Origin: the human T2T-CHM13v2.0 reference genome, Homo sapiens
Length of the DNA stretch: 64,000 nt
Assembly (NCBI RefSeq): GCF_009914755.1
Contig: NC_060934.1
Strand: one strand, 5' to 3'
The translations under genes were made by a program, and so were the position numbers. Below the pieces are notes generated by a model. That model was not told the DNA's origin. It was given only the letters and a program-made list of their open reading frames with translations, and searched no databases. Each line of letters opens with the position of its first letter. The stretch's first letter is position 1. Of the stretch, positions 1-18,916 are shown in pieces.

Positions 1-742
1 AAAATAGGTGATTGATAGGCAGTGAGAATACCTGTGATGTAGGATATTTTGAAAGAAGGGAGAGGTGGAGGGTAGAGTGAACTGGAGAAAGAAAGTATAA
101 AAAAGGAAAAAAGGGCAGGGAAATTCTCTTAATTTTTCATTCTCCTAATCCTTGGACATTTTTTTTCCTTCTTCTTGTCACGTCACTTGAACGGTTTGGC
201 TCTTAAGAAAAAGAGTCGGGAGGAAGCAAAGGGAAACACTTTTCTGGGCCCCTGCTGCTTTTCCCTCCCTCCCAACCCTCTCCATGTCACTCTGCCCCCA
301 GCCCCTTGCCTGTGAGCACCCACCTTACTTACTCTCCTCATCTGTCCTCAGGGATGCCTCCTCCTCTCCTCTCCCTGCCCCCGATTAAAGCTCTTGCCCT
401 GGGTCAGATTGGCTAGAAGGGAGGTATGTGCCTGCTGTGTGTGAGAAAGAATTGAGAAAATTACTTCAGGGGCATTTTCCCCAGGAACATCTTATCTTTG
501 GAGGATAGGGGATGAGGGGAATAAAATGTCTATACTGAAACTCTCTCCTGTTTCCCTCCTACTTATTCTCCACATATTAATGCACAAATTTTTCTTCTCA
601 CCTAGGGAGATGGGAACATAAATTTATTTGAACAGATGTCATTGACAGTCTTAAAGTGGCGTGGGTGAGCAATGCCGCTGTTCCTGACTGTCACTGAACT
701 CTGAGCTCTGTGGAATGAGCAAGTGCTCGTGACTTAGGAACT

Positions 743-1129
743 GTATTAGTTTGCTGTCATAGCAAAGTGCCACCAGCTGGGTGGCTTAAACAACAGAATC
801 ATATTTTCTCACAATTCTGGAACACAGAAGTCTGAAATCAAGGTGTTGGCTGGGTTGGTTCCTCCCGAAGCCTCTGTCCTAGGCTTGTACATGGCCACCA
901 TCCCCTTGTGTCTTCACGTGGTCTTCCCTCTGTAACTGTGTGTGTCTGTCTAAATTTCCTCATCTTGTAATGACATCAGTCATTTTGGATTAAGGCCCAC
1001 TCAAATAAACTCACTTTAACCTAATTACCCCCTTCGAAGACCCTGTCTCTAAATATAATCATATTCTGAGGTCCTGGGAGTTAGGACTTCAGCATATGAA
1101 TTTTAAGGGGAAACAGTTTAGCCCATAAC
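743..1129 (-). mobile_element. MaLR LTR (MLT1-type)
   Basis: Characteristic tgtattagtttgctg...ggtggcttaaacaacagaa...aaatcaaggtgttgg...ggacttcagcatatgaatttt. Confidence 0.75.
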
Positions 1130-1440
1130 GGAACATAATGTCCACCAAAATGCTTCATTACAAAAGCATGTCAAAAAGAATTCCTTCTAGTCTGGTGTTT
1201 CTGTTTCCTGCTGCTTGTGCTCATTTCAGTGTGATAGGCCAGTCCTCAAGTATCGTTGGCTAGGAACCCACTCCAGATGTGGACTAATTCTGAAAGATCA
1301 CACAATTGCCTCGAATCAGGTGACCTCATTTAAGCCTCAGTTGCCATCTATAAGACAAAGCTCATGGTTCCTTGATACAGTTATTGCGAAGATTTAATAA
1401 AACTCACATAAAGTGAGTTCTTGGTAATAATAAGCATTTC

Positions 1441-1791
<351 letters not shown>

Positions 1792-1884
1792 TCATAGATA
1801 TCAGATATTCTACTCAAGAACCACTTAGATTGTGGCTACACAATTTTGAACAAATTTTAAACATGGACTATTTTTCTAATGTTA

Positions 1885-2230
<346 letters not shown>

Positions 2231-2622
2231 GAACAAGTCACTAAAAGACTACATTGTGAAAATGTATAAAAAGTAATGTTTTTGGTAACAACACATTAGT
2301 AGCGTTAGTGAAAGTTATTTTGTAATCCACACATTTCTTTTAAAAAATATATGATAGAAGAATTTCAAACTATTTCTGTGCGTGTTATCCTTTGTTGATG
2401 ATTGCCTGCCCTTTTAGCAAGCTCTGCCACAAAAAAAAAAAAAAAAAAAAAAGGTTCTATTTGCCCTAATGCCTAGAAAATATCTATTTAGAACCATTAG
2501 CCTATTTTTGGGTTGCAAGACCTCTTCCTCAGACATTTGCAGGCAGGTGGATTTCAGCCAGGGTGTAATGTAGTCTGTCTTCCGACAACTCAAACGTGTC
2601 TGACTTTGGTTTGACCAGTTGA

Positions 2623-2961
<339 letters not shown>

Positions 2962-2984
2962 TAGGAGGGATGTGTAATGCATCA

Positions 2985-3385
<401 letters not shown>

Positions 3386-3781
3386 TCACAATTGTAATTA
3401 CATATTAATTTTTTCTTTTTCTTTTTTGTCTGTCTTCTCATGGAAATAACCTCCAAGAAGACAGCAACTGGGGCCATGTCTATTCTGCTTACCTGCTGTG
3501 TCTCTGTGTGCTGGCCCACTGCAGGGCAATTCAGAAATATTCAGTGAGTACTTATGGATTTAACAAGTATCTATGGAGTACCTACTGTGTCCCACGGCCT
3601 GTACTCAGTGCTGGGGCTGTAGGTTGAACAAGCTGGGGCTGCAGGTCGAAGCTTGTAGAAACCTAGACTCAGAATCTGAGTGATAGATGTTAATTACTAG
3701 TCACACAGTTTTACCATTAAAAATGTAATCATCTGAAGACAAGTGTGGGGTGCTGTGGTGTGTATGACAGAAGAGCCTAAC

Positions 3782-3977
3782 TGGGTGGAGCTGGTGCTCC
3801 TGGATGGAAAGCATCTCATATGGGTGGAGCTGGTGCTCCTGGATGGAAAGCATCTCACACGGACAGGGCCAGGGGTGGGAGCGGGGAGGCCTTGAGAGGA
3901 GAGGTAGTTCTTGGCGGAGTATGCAGCTGTGCAAAAGGCCCGGTTCTTGGCAGAGTACGCAGCTGTGCAAAAGGCCC
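3782..3977. repeat. Two adjacent tandem duplications (2x39 bp at 3782-3859; 2 copies with 36-bp period at 3907-3977)
   Basis: tgggtggagctggtgctcctggatggaaagcatctca twice; gttcttggc(g/a)gagta(t/c)gcagctgtgcaaaaggccc twice. Confidence 0.95.
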
Positions 3978-4724
3978 ACATGATTGATGTGTTTCTTCTC
4001 TTCATTTTCTGTGTAATGTCTGGGTATAGTCATATCTTCACACAGACATCCAGGAAAAGACTGCTTTAGGCTGGAGATTTAAAATAGATCACAAAAGCTC
4101 TTCAAGTTAAAATGTATTTTCAAGATTGAGAAGAGGATAAGCTCAATTAGGGTAAGAAGTATCTGAAGATAAGCAAAAAGATTCATTAGTAAAGGAATAT
4201 ATCCCACGATATATTCAGGACTAGTTTGAAGAGAAAATTGTCAGGAGCCTTGATTAATGTGGCAATAGAGGCTCTTTGTTTAGTAATTAACTGAATTACT
4301 ACTGATAGTACTGAACAATCCTAGACAAAAATTCACTCAAGTAAATCTCATTCATTAAAATAATACTCGCCATCTGCTGTTCCTCCACTTTTGTAGTGGT
4401 GACGATGTCTCAGTCATTAAGATGGTAAAGTGTGTTATGCATATGATTTTAATACTGATTTTAGTCTTCTGTCTATGGAGACTTTGCTATGGCACTAGTG
4501 ACATGAAATATTTTACATATTTTAGTGGTAAATGGAGTGTCACTAGCATTGTTTTAGTGCATGCCTTAAAAGCCACTGGAAACCCCACTCCTTAAGTACA
4601 TTGGAGAGAAACAAGAGGGTCTGACAGGGTCCCTGTGGAGCTCTCATCCTCTGCTGGAGGCTGGGTCATGGGACAAGCCTTTTAGTTATTGCTTCTGCTT
4701 AGATATGAGTTTGCCTGTGTATAT

Positions 4725-5258
<534 letters not shown>

Positions 5259-5858
5259 TAACCCTTAGAAGATTCTTTAACTATAATTTAGCTGACCCAT
5301 TCTCTTAACAGACTTGAGTCTTGGAAGCAGGCAGCTAAGTGGTGTGAGAGGATTACATTCTCCGGTATCTTCTCATTGGTTTTGTTTTTGCTTCTCTCCT
5401 GTTCCTTTTCTTCTCTCCTCAGGTACCTAGATGCTGAGTGCTTCGTCCTTCTCTCTTTGCTCCCCTCAGCTTGTTGCTACATTTTGTGCTTCAGAATTTC
5501 CCACCTCCCTTGTTCCTAGTCTTGAGCCCGTCTCCTTGGTGCAGATGGTTCCACCTCCCGGGTAGAAGTGATGCTTGAAGAAGTCACATGAATGCGACCC
5601 ACAGTTCTGAGCTCCCCAGAGTGTGGTTACACAAGTATGCTTCTTATTCCTGAGCATATCTCTAAGTGGCATGGCAGATATTTATGTTTTCAGGCAGAGA
5701 GATACTTGAGAGGCAGGCTAGCGTGCCTCATGCTATTCCACTCTCATTCCTTTTTCTAGTCATAAACCCATTTGTTCTTAAACTCCAGTTTTCTTCAGTG
5801 ATTTCAGTAGCAGCCATATTAAAGGTTTGTTTTCTAGCCTCAGAAAGAGGGGAGGAAA

Positions 5859-6035
5859 GCTGGGTGCAGTGGCGCGTGCCTGTAGTCCCAGCTACTTGGG
5901 AGGCTGAAGGAAGAAGGACTGCTTGAGGCCAGGAGCTCGAGGCTACAGTGTGCTATGATCATGCCTGTGAATAGACACTGCACTCCAGCCTGGGCAACCT
6001 AGTGAGACCCTGTCTCTTAAAGAATAAAAATAAGA
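5859..6035 (+). mobile_element. Alu monomer (FRAM/FAM-like)
   Basis: Single monomer with A-rich tail. Confidence 0.8.
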
Positions 6036-7494
6036 AAAGGAGGATTATTAAGGTAAAAATGACTGTGTGGGCCACCTATACAGGTGCTTTCTGTATTTAT
6101 TTCCTCCTTTGTATTACCTTTTGGACTTTTTATCTTACTGAACATTTAAAAGTAATTCCAGTCAAATTATTGTCAAAGCTAATTGTGTTTAAGAAAGGAG
6201 ATTCTCGATAAATTTGTTAAGTTCTCACTTAGGCTTGGCCAGTAACAACCATTGACAGCAAAAAATGAAGGTTATTTAATTGACTTGGATAGCAGGTCTG
6301 TTACAGCCCGTGGGCTTGATTCCCTTTGTGTACGGACCAATAACCTCCAGCCTTGAAGCATTTTTATGTCACTTTTCAAAGCATTAATTTATCTTTATGA
6401 TGATTAACTTGTATTGTGAGTAAAAATCCTGATTGTCTTTAGTATGCTGGAGTTTAGTGGCTAGGAAAGTATTGAAGCTTTCAATAAACATATAGGAAAA
6501 CATTTTAGTACTTTAGGGGGATAAGCTGTAGTTGTCTGAAAAATACATTTTTATATAGAAAATCATTTTGCCCAACAGTACTTAATAATTTAGACTTTTC
6601 TAGTTTTCTAAGTCTTTTCTATTTCTTATAGTTACAAGAGTTTATATTTTTTTAGAGTATAATAGATTATTTCAAGGTTATTTCATTTTATGGCAGATTT
6701 ATTTAGGGATTTAACTACAGTCTTAAGCTTTACAGGCTAAGCAGAATATACTTCTAATTGCACCATTTGGTACTTTTGAAATAGAGCCTATTAAAAATGT
6801 CTCTTGCTCTAGATGCTCTCCCTATGAGTCATTGTCAGTTTTCTATAAACCGAGACTTAGGAAACTTTAGTAAGGAACAGAGCAACCAGTCAGGAAACAT
6901 GGAATAGCTGCTATGTTTGGAAGATGAACAAATTAATAGTTGGCTCTTTAGTCACTGAGAGCATTAGAAGCCTAATGTGATGTACTTTTAGCTATTAGGT
7001 ACCTGACGTTGAACAAACCAGCACTGGCGTGGTGGTAGCATTACTTGTTTTTCCATTTACTTGATGTGTGTTGTTCCCTGAAATATAATCAGGGATATAT
7101 GGTGCTCTACTTCCATTAGGGGGGACAAAACATTTCTCTTAATGTAGTTTTTTTTTTTTTTTAAGACATGGCTTTAAATGTAAAACAGAAAAATTCACTA
7201 AACATACTGTGAATTCATATTTTTAGTTGAAATTTAAATTCATGCATAAATGTGCATAAAACCTACTTTATAGACTCACGTTCTGTTCACTTAAAAGTGC
7301 TAAATAGCCAATTAATAGCTTCTGCAGCAGATACCAATGAAGTAGGTTTTATGCACACTTAGGACTCAATTTACATTCATACCAAAGATTTGTAAATAAA
7401 ATTGGAGCATAATTGGAGCATAATATGCCTTGGAATAAACTATTAAGATATTTTCCTAATTATTTGTTTCTCTTAGCATGTTAATATCATAGTT

Positions 7495-7738
7495 CAGTTG
7501 TCCCTTGGTATGAAGAGGAGGGATTGGTTCCAGGACCACCCACGTATACCAAAATCCATGCATGCTCAAGTCTCGAAGTTGGCCCCGTAGAACCTCCGTA
7601 TATGAAAAGTTGGCTCTCTGTTTATGTGGGTTTCTCGTTCCACGAATACTGTATTTTTCAATCTGCATTTGATTGGAAAAAATCTCCATGTAAGTGGACC
7701 CTTGCAGTTCAAACTTGTGTTGTTCAAGGGTCAACTGT
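7495..7738. mobile_element. MER8-like (TcMar-Tigger) DNA transposon
   Basis: Terminal inverted repeats cagttgtcccttgg ... ttcaagggtcaactg. Confidence 0.8.
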
Positions 7739-7749
7739 GTATAATAGTT

Positions 7750-9845
7750 CTTTGTCTGTTTGGGCTGCTGTAACAGAATGTCATGGACTGGGTGGCTTGT
7801 AAACAACAGAAATGTATTTCTGATGGCTCTGGAGGCTGGACAGCCTAAGATCAAAGCCCCAGAAGATTTGATGTCTGGTGAGGGGCTGCCTTTTATTCAT
7901 GGATGGCCTCTTCTCACTGAGTCCTCACATGGCAGGAGGCGTGAGGGAGCTCTCCTGGGTCTCTTTTATAAGGGCACTAATCCCATTTGTGATGATGTAG
8001 CCCTAATAACCTCATCATCTACCAAAGGCCCCACCTCCCAATACCATAATATGGGGGATTAGGATTTCAACATACAGTCACGGTCCTCCCTATCTGTAGG
8101 TTCCACATCTGCAGATGGACAATATTCAGGAGAAAAACCCAATAAAAATAATATTAACAACTATAAACAGCATTTATATTGCATTAGGTATTATAAGTAA
8201 TCTAGAGATGATTTAAAGTATACAGGAGGATGTGTATAGGTATATGGAAATATTAATACTATGCCATTTTACATAAGGGACTTGAACATTTGAGGATTTT
8301 GGTATCTATAGGGGGTTCTAGAATCAATCCCCTGCAGTTACTGAGGGGTGACTGTATGAATTTGTGGGCACATAAACATTTAGCTTATAATATTTTGCCC
8401 TGTCCCCCTAAATGTATGCTCTTCTCATATGCAAAATACATTCATTATAATCCCAACATTCTTAAACTCTTAACTCATTCCACCATCAACTCTTAAAGTA
8501 AAAAATCCGAAGTCTCGTTTAAATATCATCTAACTCAGATGTGGGTGAGACTCAAGATATGATTCATCCTGAGGCAAATTGCTCTTCAGCTGCAAACCTG
8601 TGAAACCATACAAGTTATGTACTTAGAAAATACAATGGTGGGACAGACTTGGGCTAGACATTTCCATTTTCAAAAGAGAAATAGGAAAGAAGAAAGAGGC
8701 AGTGGAGCCCTAGTAAGTCCAAACTATAAGACAAACTCCTTGAGATCTTAAGGCTCGAGAATAATCTTCACTGAGTCCATGTTCTGCACTTCAGGCCCAC
8801 TGCGGTAGAGGTTCTACCTTCCAGACCTGCTGAGGTGGGGGCCCTGCCTCCACGGCTCTACCCAGGAAGGGTTGTGCCCCTAGGGCCCTGCTGGTTGTTC
8901 CTATCCTCACGGCATCTGGCAGAGACCATCTTGCCTGTTGAATAATGCAGTCCCTGCCTACCCCTTTTGAAACCAAGGAAGCAGCCCTGATGATCTCTTA
9001 ATCACCTTTGGGCTTGTTCTGCCTTTGTCTTGAAGAATAGTGCACATTCTCTGCCAAAAAGCTCTATGGTCCTGGCCTGTAAAACCCAGGAAGACTGATA
9101 GCCATCCTTCATTCCTTCCCAGTTCATTCCCTTTCATCTCACACTGGCTGTTCTCCTGCTGAAGTGGCTTAAGTCCATGGTTCACACCCATATTACTCTC
9201 CTTATCAGAGGGACTTGGGCACACCTGTAGTGTTTTCCCCTGAACGGGCCTTTTTAAAAATTTCCATAGTCTGGCTAGAACTTTTCAAATCTTTAAGTTC
9301 TACTTCATTTTTGCTTAACAACTCTGTCTTTAAGTCATAGCTCTCTTCTCGCATTTTACTATAATCAGGCAGGAGGAGGCAAACTTCATCTTTGACATTT
9401 TGCTTAGAAATTGCCTCAGGTAAATATCCAATTTCACTCTTAAGTCCTCCCTTCCACAAAATACTAGAACATGCACAAATTTCAACCAAGTTCTTTGCCA
9501 CTTTATAACCAGGATCATCTCCATATTGTCCAATAACACGTTCCTTATTTTCATCTGAGACTTCATCAGAATGCTCTTCACGGTTCATGTTTTCTACTGA
9601 CATTCTGCTCAGGATTACTTAGGAATTCTCTGAGAAGATTGAGGCTTTTTCTACAGCTCATCTCTCTTCTTTCTGAGTCCTCACCAGAATCACCTTTAAA
9701 GGTTCACACAGGGCAGTGTAGGCTTTTTCTAATAGTATGCACCTCCAAACTCTTTCAGCCTCTACCCATTACCTGGTTCCAAAGCTGCTTCCACATCTTT
9801 AGATGTTTGTTATAGCAGCACCCCTGCTGCTTGGTACCAAAATCT
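7750..9845 (-). mobile_element. MaLR element: MLT1-type LTR plus internal sequence, split by a MER2-like insertion at about 8075-8355
   Basis: LTR motifs at 7750-8070; internal relic ORF 9205-9603 (EVSDENKERVIG...YKVAKNL...GYLPEAISKQ) resembles the MaLR internal ORF. Confidence 0.75.
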
Positions 9846-9935
9846 CGATTAGGGCTTTCCAGAACCAATAGTGTATACGCGCGCATGTGCTTGCATACAC
9901 AGGCGTGTGCACACACACACACACACAAACACACA

Positions 9936-11307
<1,372 letters not shown>

Positions 11308-11349
<42 letters not shown>

Positions 11350-11458
11350 GTGTATATATATACTATATAGATATACACTATATACTATATATAAATACTA
11401 ATTAATCTCTCTGTATACACTATATACTATATATATATATATATAGAGAGAGAGAGAC
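11308..11458. repeat. Compound microsatellite (TG)n, (TA)-rich, (GA)n
   Basis: Directly visible. Confidence 0.95.
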
Positions 11459-11499
11459 GGAGATTTAACATCTATACCGAAATTATTACTTACAGAGAT

Positions 11500-11928
11500 C
11501 TGTTATTTAAAGATAATTATTATAAGGGATTGGCTCATGTGATTATGGAGGCTGCCATCTGCAATCTGGAGAACCAGGAAAGCTGGTGGTATAGTTCCAG
11601 TCCAAGCCCAAAAACTGAGAATCAGGGGAGTCAGTGATGTAAGTCTCAGTTGGAATCCAAGGGCCTGATAACCAGGAGCACTGATGTCTGCAGGCAGGAG
11701 AAGATGATGTCCCAGCTTAGAGAGCAAGGTAGCCCATCCTCTGCCTTTTTGTTCTATTCTGGCCCTCAGTGGATTGGATGATGCCCACCTGTATTGGTGA
11801 GGGCAGTCTTTATTCAGTTTACCAATTCAAATGCAAATCTCTTCTGGAAATACCCTCAGAAATAATGTTTTACTAGCAATCTGGGCATCCCTTCCCAGTC
11901 AAGTTGACCCACAAAATTAACCATCACA
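11500..11928 (-). mobile_element. MLT2-type (ERVL) LTR
   Basis: Ends with ccagtcaagttgacccacaaaattaaccatcaca, the reverse complement of the LTR 5' end. Confidence 0.75.
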
Positions 11929-11989
11929 GGGTCATTTACGGATATTTCATACACTTTAAAAACGAGATCAAGAAAACTAGTCAGAGGTT

Positions 11990-13460
<1,471 letters not shown>

Positions 13461-13815
13461 ATATATAAAAAGCAACGAGTCATTTGGTTTACATTTTTTA
13501 GTTTAGACTGTCAATTTGAAATGACAGAGGAACGTGAGTATTCCTGTTGGCAATGTTACAGAGAAGAAAGGAAAGGCGAGCAGACTTTTCCCCTTTTCAG
13601 ATTATCTTTTTCCTTCTTTACCAACATGTCTCCATCCTCTGATGTATCCAGTGCAAATATAGACTCTTCTGTGGCGTTTTGAGCATAATCTGCAGAAGTC
13701 CTTCAAGAAATGTTTGTATTTAAATATTATGCTACAAAAGACTTTGGAGTATATAGTATGCACCTCTGTCTTTGGGTTAATATTTGTTGGTATGTCAGTA
13801 TAATTATAAATTCTT

Positions 13816-14140
13816 GTCAAGTGTGGTGGCACATACCTGTAGTCCCAGCTAGTAGAGGTCTAAGGTGGATCACTTGGGCCCAGGAGTTCTGGGCTGGAGT
13901 GAGCTATGCTGATTGGGTGTCTGCACTAAGTTTGACATCAAATACGGCAGCCTCTTGGGAGGGGAGACGACCAGGTTGCCTGAGGAGGAGTGAACTGGCC
14001 CAGATCAGAAATGGAGCAGGTCAGAACTCCCACGCTGTGATCAGTAGTGGGGTCGTGCCTGTGAATAGCCACTGCACTCCAGCCTGGCCAATATAATGAG
14101 ATCCTGTCTCTTAAAAGGGAGAGAAAGAAAAGGAAAAAAA
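13816..14140 (+). pseudogene. Full-length 7SL (SRP RNA) retropseudogene
   Basis: Alu-domain ends plus S-domain sequence (ctgcactaagtttgacatcaa, ccaggttgcctgaggag, ggagcaggtca), A-rich tail, TSD aattat(a/g)aattct on both sides. Confidence 0.92.
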
Positions 14141-14864
14141 TTATGAATTCTCCTGTGCTAGCTCCTCAAGTCATAATTGCACAACCGTGTGAGTGTTCAG
14201 GCTGATGGGTGCTCTCTGTTTCACCATTTCCCAGCCTCTCTGTGACTGTTCCAGTGGACCTAGGAAAGGTAATCTTTGCCTCAGGAATGTAGTGTGCAGT
14301 ATTAGAGCATACTAAAGGAAGTAAACACCTGAGACTCATTAGTAAATGCACCTTCTCTTCCTTTTTACCCTTGTTCCTCACATGAATGTTTATAGAGATA
14401 AACTGGAAAGTGTCCAAAAGAGCGGTGAAAATAGAACCTACAAAATAAATTATGGTTGTATGCTGTGAACATAAGTCATTTTAAGTTCTCAAGTAAAATT
14501 AAAAGGACTAGTGCCAAGAATGGTAACTGGTTACTTTCCATTTCTCCTGTTCTCCTTATGTGAGAGAACTAAGAAAGCAGGGTTTGGATTAGGTTTAAAG
14601 AATTTCCATGGAGTGGGGAATAGTGGTCAAAGAGAACTTCAGTTTTATCTGTAATGTTTAAACTTTCAAAAAATGGGATATATTAATATATTCCCTATAT
14701 AATGTTAATAAAAATAAAAATGATTGCTGGACATGCATTGGTGGATTAAATGTATATCTTTTCTGTATGTCAATAGGATGGTGAGCCATGTCTAGAAATA
14801 CGTAGTTGCAGTACCCCTTAGAGGCAAGGTCATGAGTAGGGAGTCGGTTAATTTTAAAAATTTT

Positions 14865-15000
14865 ATTTATATTTATTTACTTTTTGAGACAGTGTCTCAC
14901 TATGCTGCCCAGGCTGGTCTCAAACTCCTGAGCTCCAGTGATGCTCCTACCTCAGCCTCCTGAGTAGCTGGGACTGCAGGCACACACCACCGGATCTGGC
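14865..15000 (-). mobile_element. FLAM-like Alu monomer
   Basis: Reverse monomer with T-rich tail. Confidence 0.8.
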
Positions 15001-15001
15001 A

Positions 15002-15533
15002 GTGATGTTTAATTTTTTGTGTTAACTTGACTGGGAAGGGATGCCCAGAAAGCTGGTACAAAATGATTTCTGGTCATGTGTGTGAGGGTGTTTCCAGAAG
15101 ATACTTGGCGTTTTGAGTTGGTGGACCGAGTAAAGAAGACCCATTCTTATCAGTGTAGGTGAGCATCATCCCGTCTGTTGAGGGCCGGAACAGAAGCAAA
15201 AAGGAAGTATGAATTCACTGTGTTTGAGCCAGGGCATCCATCTTCTCCTGCTCTTGGACATCAGAGCTCCTGGTTCTCAAGCTTTCGGACTCAGATTGGG
15301 GCTTAAACCATCAGCCTCCCAGTTCTCAGGCCTTCGGACTTGGACTGGGACTTTTACCATTGACTCCCCTGGACTTGGACTGAATTACACCACAGGCTTT
15401 TCTGGTTCTCCAGCTTGCAGATGGCAGATTGTGGGACTTTTTGGCTTCTATAGTCACATGAGCAATTCCAATAATAAATCTCCTCTCATTTATATATCCT
15501 CTTAGTTCTGTTTCTCTAGAGAACCGTAATGCA
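15002..15533 (+). mobile_element. MLT2-type solo LTR
   Basis: gtgatgtttaatt...aacttgactgggaagggatgcccaga...aataaatctcctc...ttctgtttctctagagaacc. Confidence 0.8.
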
Positions 15534-16509
15534 GGAGAAAAATTTTTTTTTCTAAAGTGGTATGAAAATCTTTATCCTACAGTTGCTCATCTCCTTTTAA
15601 GTGAGTCACTTTCTAAGTCAAGCAATTGAATCTTTTCCAGGACTATTGTTTTAGCTTGCCCTACTGGTCATGCTTTTCAAGATAATCACTTCCTAATCAG
15701 TTTTTTTTATCTTGCTGGGGAAGTCAGGTTTCCTTGTCTCTCTTTTCCAGGAAGAGGCACGGTTACAAAATTGACTTTTTCCCCCATTGTAATATGTTTA
15801 AAAAGTTGGAAAGAAATCTTTATGCCATCAGACCTTGCTAGATTCTATTTTTTTTATTCCTTGTTATACTGTGTATATCCTGATCTCAAAATGGTAGCTT
15901 TAATTGAACCAAGTTTCTTTTCCTGGTGGGTAACAAATAAATACATAGCCTGCTTTGGTGCTTTTAAAAATTGTACTGTGAAATTAGGCCTGATGGATAA
16001 TAGGATTGCCAAACAATAGTGACGCTGTACTTTTACATTTGTCTTGTTTTAATTCTAAGTATAAAATGTAGAAATCATTTAACCCTGTAGCTCAATATGC
16101 ACATTCCTGCCGGACATCTCAGGCTTTTTATGTGGCAGTGGTGGTGTATTTTGTTTCACCTAAGGCAAAATAATTACAGGAGTAGAGATTGCTATTATTT
16201 TCTGTGAGGTCTTCTTTTGTTTGTTTTATTTTCTAGAGTGAGTGTTTTTGCTTGGAAATAGCTCAGTGTTCAGTTCATAATTTTTCTTTTCATTGTGATA
16301 ATTTTGATTATTTCCTTGAACACTATTCCAGACACCTACATCTTTTCACTAGTGTTGATACATTTCAAGAATTATAGGCTGTCCTATCCTAACCTCCATT
16401 TTTGGCAGAAAGTATACTTTTAGTTTTTTATCCTCTTCTTAAGACTCCTAACAAGTTCTTTTGTTCTTCAGAAGGAGATTTTTTTGAAAATAAATAAATA
16501 AATAAAAAA

Positions 16510-16950
16510 CTTGAGATTTAATTTACATACCATAAAATTAACCCTTTTAAAGTGTGCAGTTAAGTGGTTTTTAGTAGATTTGCAAGGTTACGCAACATTT
16601 ACCACTCTCTAATTCCAGAACATTTTCGGCATCCAAGAATGAAACCTCTCAGATGGCCAGTTATTTCTCATTACCCCTACACCAGCTCCTGGCAACCACT
16701 AACCTCAGCTCCTAATCTACCTTCTGTCTCTAGGGATTTTCCTGTTCTCAATATTTCACATAAATGAAATCATACAATATGTGCACCTTTGTGATTGTTT
16801 TTTTTCACTTAGCACAATGTTTTTAAGGATTGTCCATGTTGAAACATGTATCAGCACTTCATTCCTTTATAGCTGAATAATATTCCCTTGTATAGATAGA
16901 CTATGTTTTGTCTGTTCCTTCATCCCTTGATGGATGTTTGGGTTGTTTCC
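16510..16950 (-). mobile_element. L1M 3' end fragment
   Basis: ttgagatttaatttacataccataaaattaaccc...cttcattcctttatagctgaataatattcc. Confidence 0.75.
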
Positions 16951-17411
16951 GCAGAAGGAGCTTTTTTTTTTAATTTAAATTTTTAGGTAGTACAAGTGCG
17001 TGGTTTAACAACAATGTAAATAGTAGTAAAAGGTATTCAGCGAAGCCTCCCTCACTCCTCTGTCCCTATCTGCCCTATTTCCACTGCTTCATCCAACCTA
17101 GCACCATCATTAGTTTATTGTGAATCCTCTGAGAGTTTCTTTATGCATTTACAAACAAATACAATTATTATGCTTATAGTCTTCATTTTCCCAGCCTTCC
17201 CAAGTGTATAGACTACATTTCTAGGAGAGGAACAGATTGGATAAAGCATGTACACAGTTTGAATTTTGATGCATCTCCAACACTAAGTATTACTTTTAAC
17301 AAAGAGATTTCTTTTTGACAGTCTGATACAAAGTGATCTTCCTATTTTATTTCATTATTGCTGAGCTTAATTATATTTTTAATGTTTATCATCCATACTC
17401 CATAAAGTATG

Positions 17412-17414
<3 letters not shown>

Positions 17415-17472
<58 letters not shown>

Positions 17473-17756
17473 GAGATGGAGTCTCACTCTGTTGCTCAGG
17501 CTGGAGTGCAGTGGCGCGATCTCGGCTCACTGCAAGCTCCATCTCCCGGGTTCACACGCCATTCTCCTGCCTCAGCCTCCCGAGTAGCTGGGACTACGGG
17601 TGCCCGCCACCACGCCGGGCTAATTTTTTGTATTTTTTAGTAGAGACAGGGTTTCACCATGTTAGCCAGGATGGTCTGGATCTCCTGACCTCGTGATCTG
17701 CCTACCTCGGCCTCCCAAAGTGCTGGGATTACAGGTGTGAGCCACTGCACCTGACC
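17415..17756 (-). mobile_element. AluY with a (T)n tail abutting an (AT)n microsatellite
   Basis: AluY diagnostics (gcaagctcc, gttagccaggatggtct). Confidence 0.93.
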
Positions 17757-18212
17757 TATCTTTTTTTACTTTGGGGACATTACCTTTTTCTTTTCTACAG
17801 ATTTTATTGAGGAACTGTTGCACAAGGGGAAAAGAAACCTCAGTCCAGGATTGTGCTCAATTCCAGATATAGTAAGGACAAGTGGGGATTTACAGCAAAA
17901 GAGTGTGGTAGGAATCTGTGGATGGAAAATTACCGAGAGGAAAACCTATTACCTTTTTCTTGTTGATTGATACAGCTCTTTCTATTTCGTAAATACTAAC
18001 CTTTAGCATGCCATGTGTTGCAAATAATTTCCTGTTTGTCATTTGCTTTTCATTTTGTTCATAGTGTGATTTACCACCCAGATATGTTTCATTTTTAATG
18101 GAATCAAGCCTGTTCATTTTATGACTTCTGGATTATGTATCATGCTTCCGAAGGTCCTTCTGCTCTGAGATGATAAAGAATCTGCTATATTTTGTTTTGC
18201 TTTTATTTTTAG

Positions 18213-18916
<704 letters not shown>

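Noticed and set aside
3782-3977. Repeat-spacer-like pattern resembling CRISPR
   Set aside because: Human intron; direct tandem duplications with no unique spacers and no cas genes
9205-9603. 132-aa ORF with a natural-looking composition
   Set aside because: Relic of the MaLR internal ORF; no evidence of expression or splice context
13816-14112. Functional 7SL RNA gene
   Set aside because: Highly diverged with CpG decay, A-tail and TSD, so a retropseudogene
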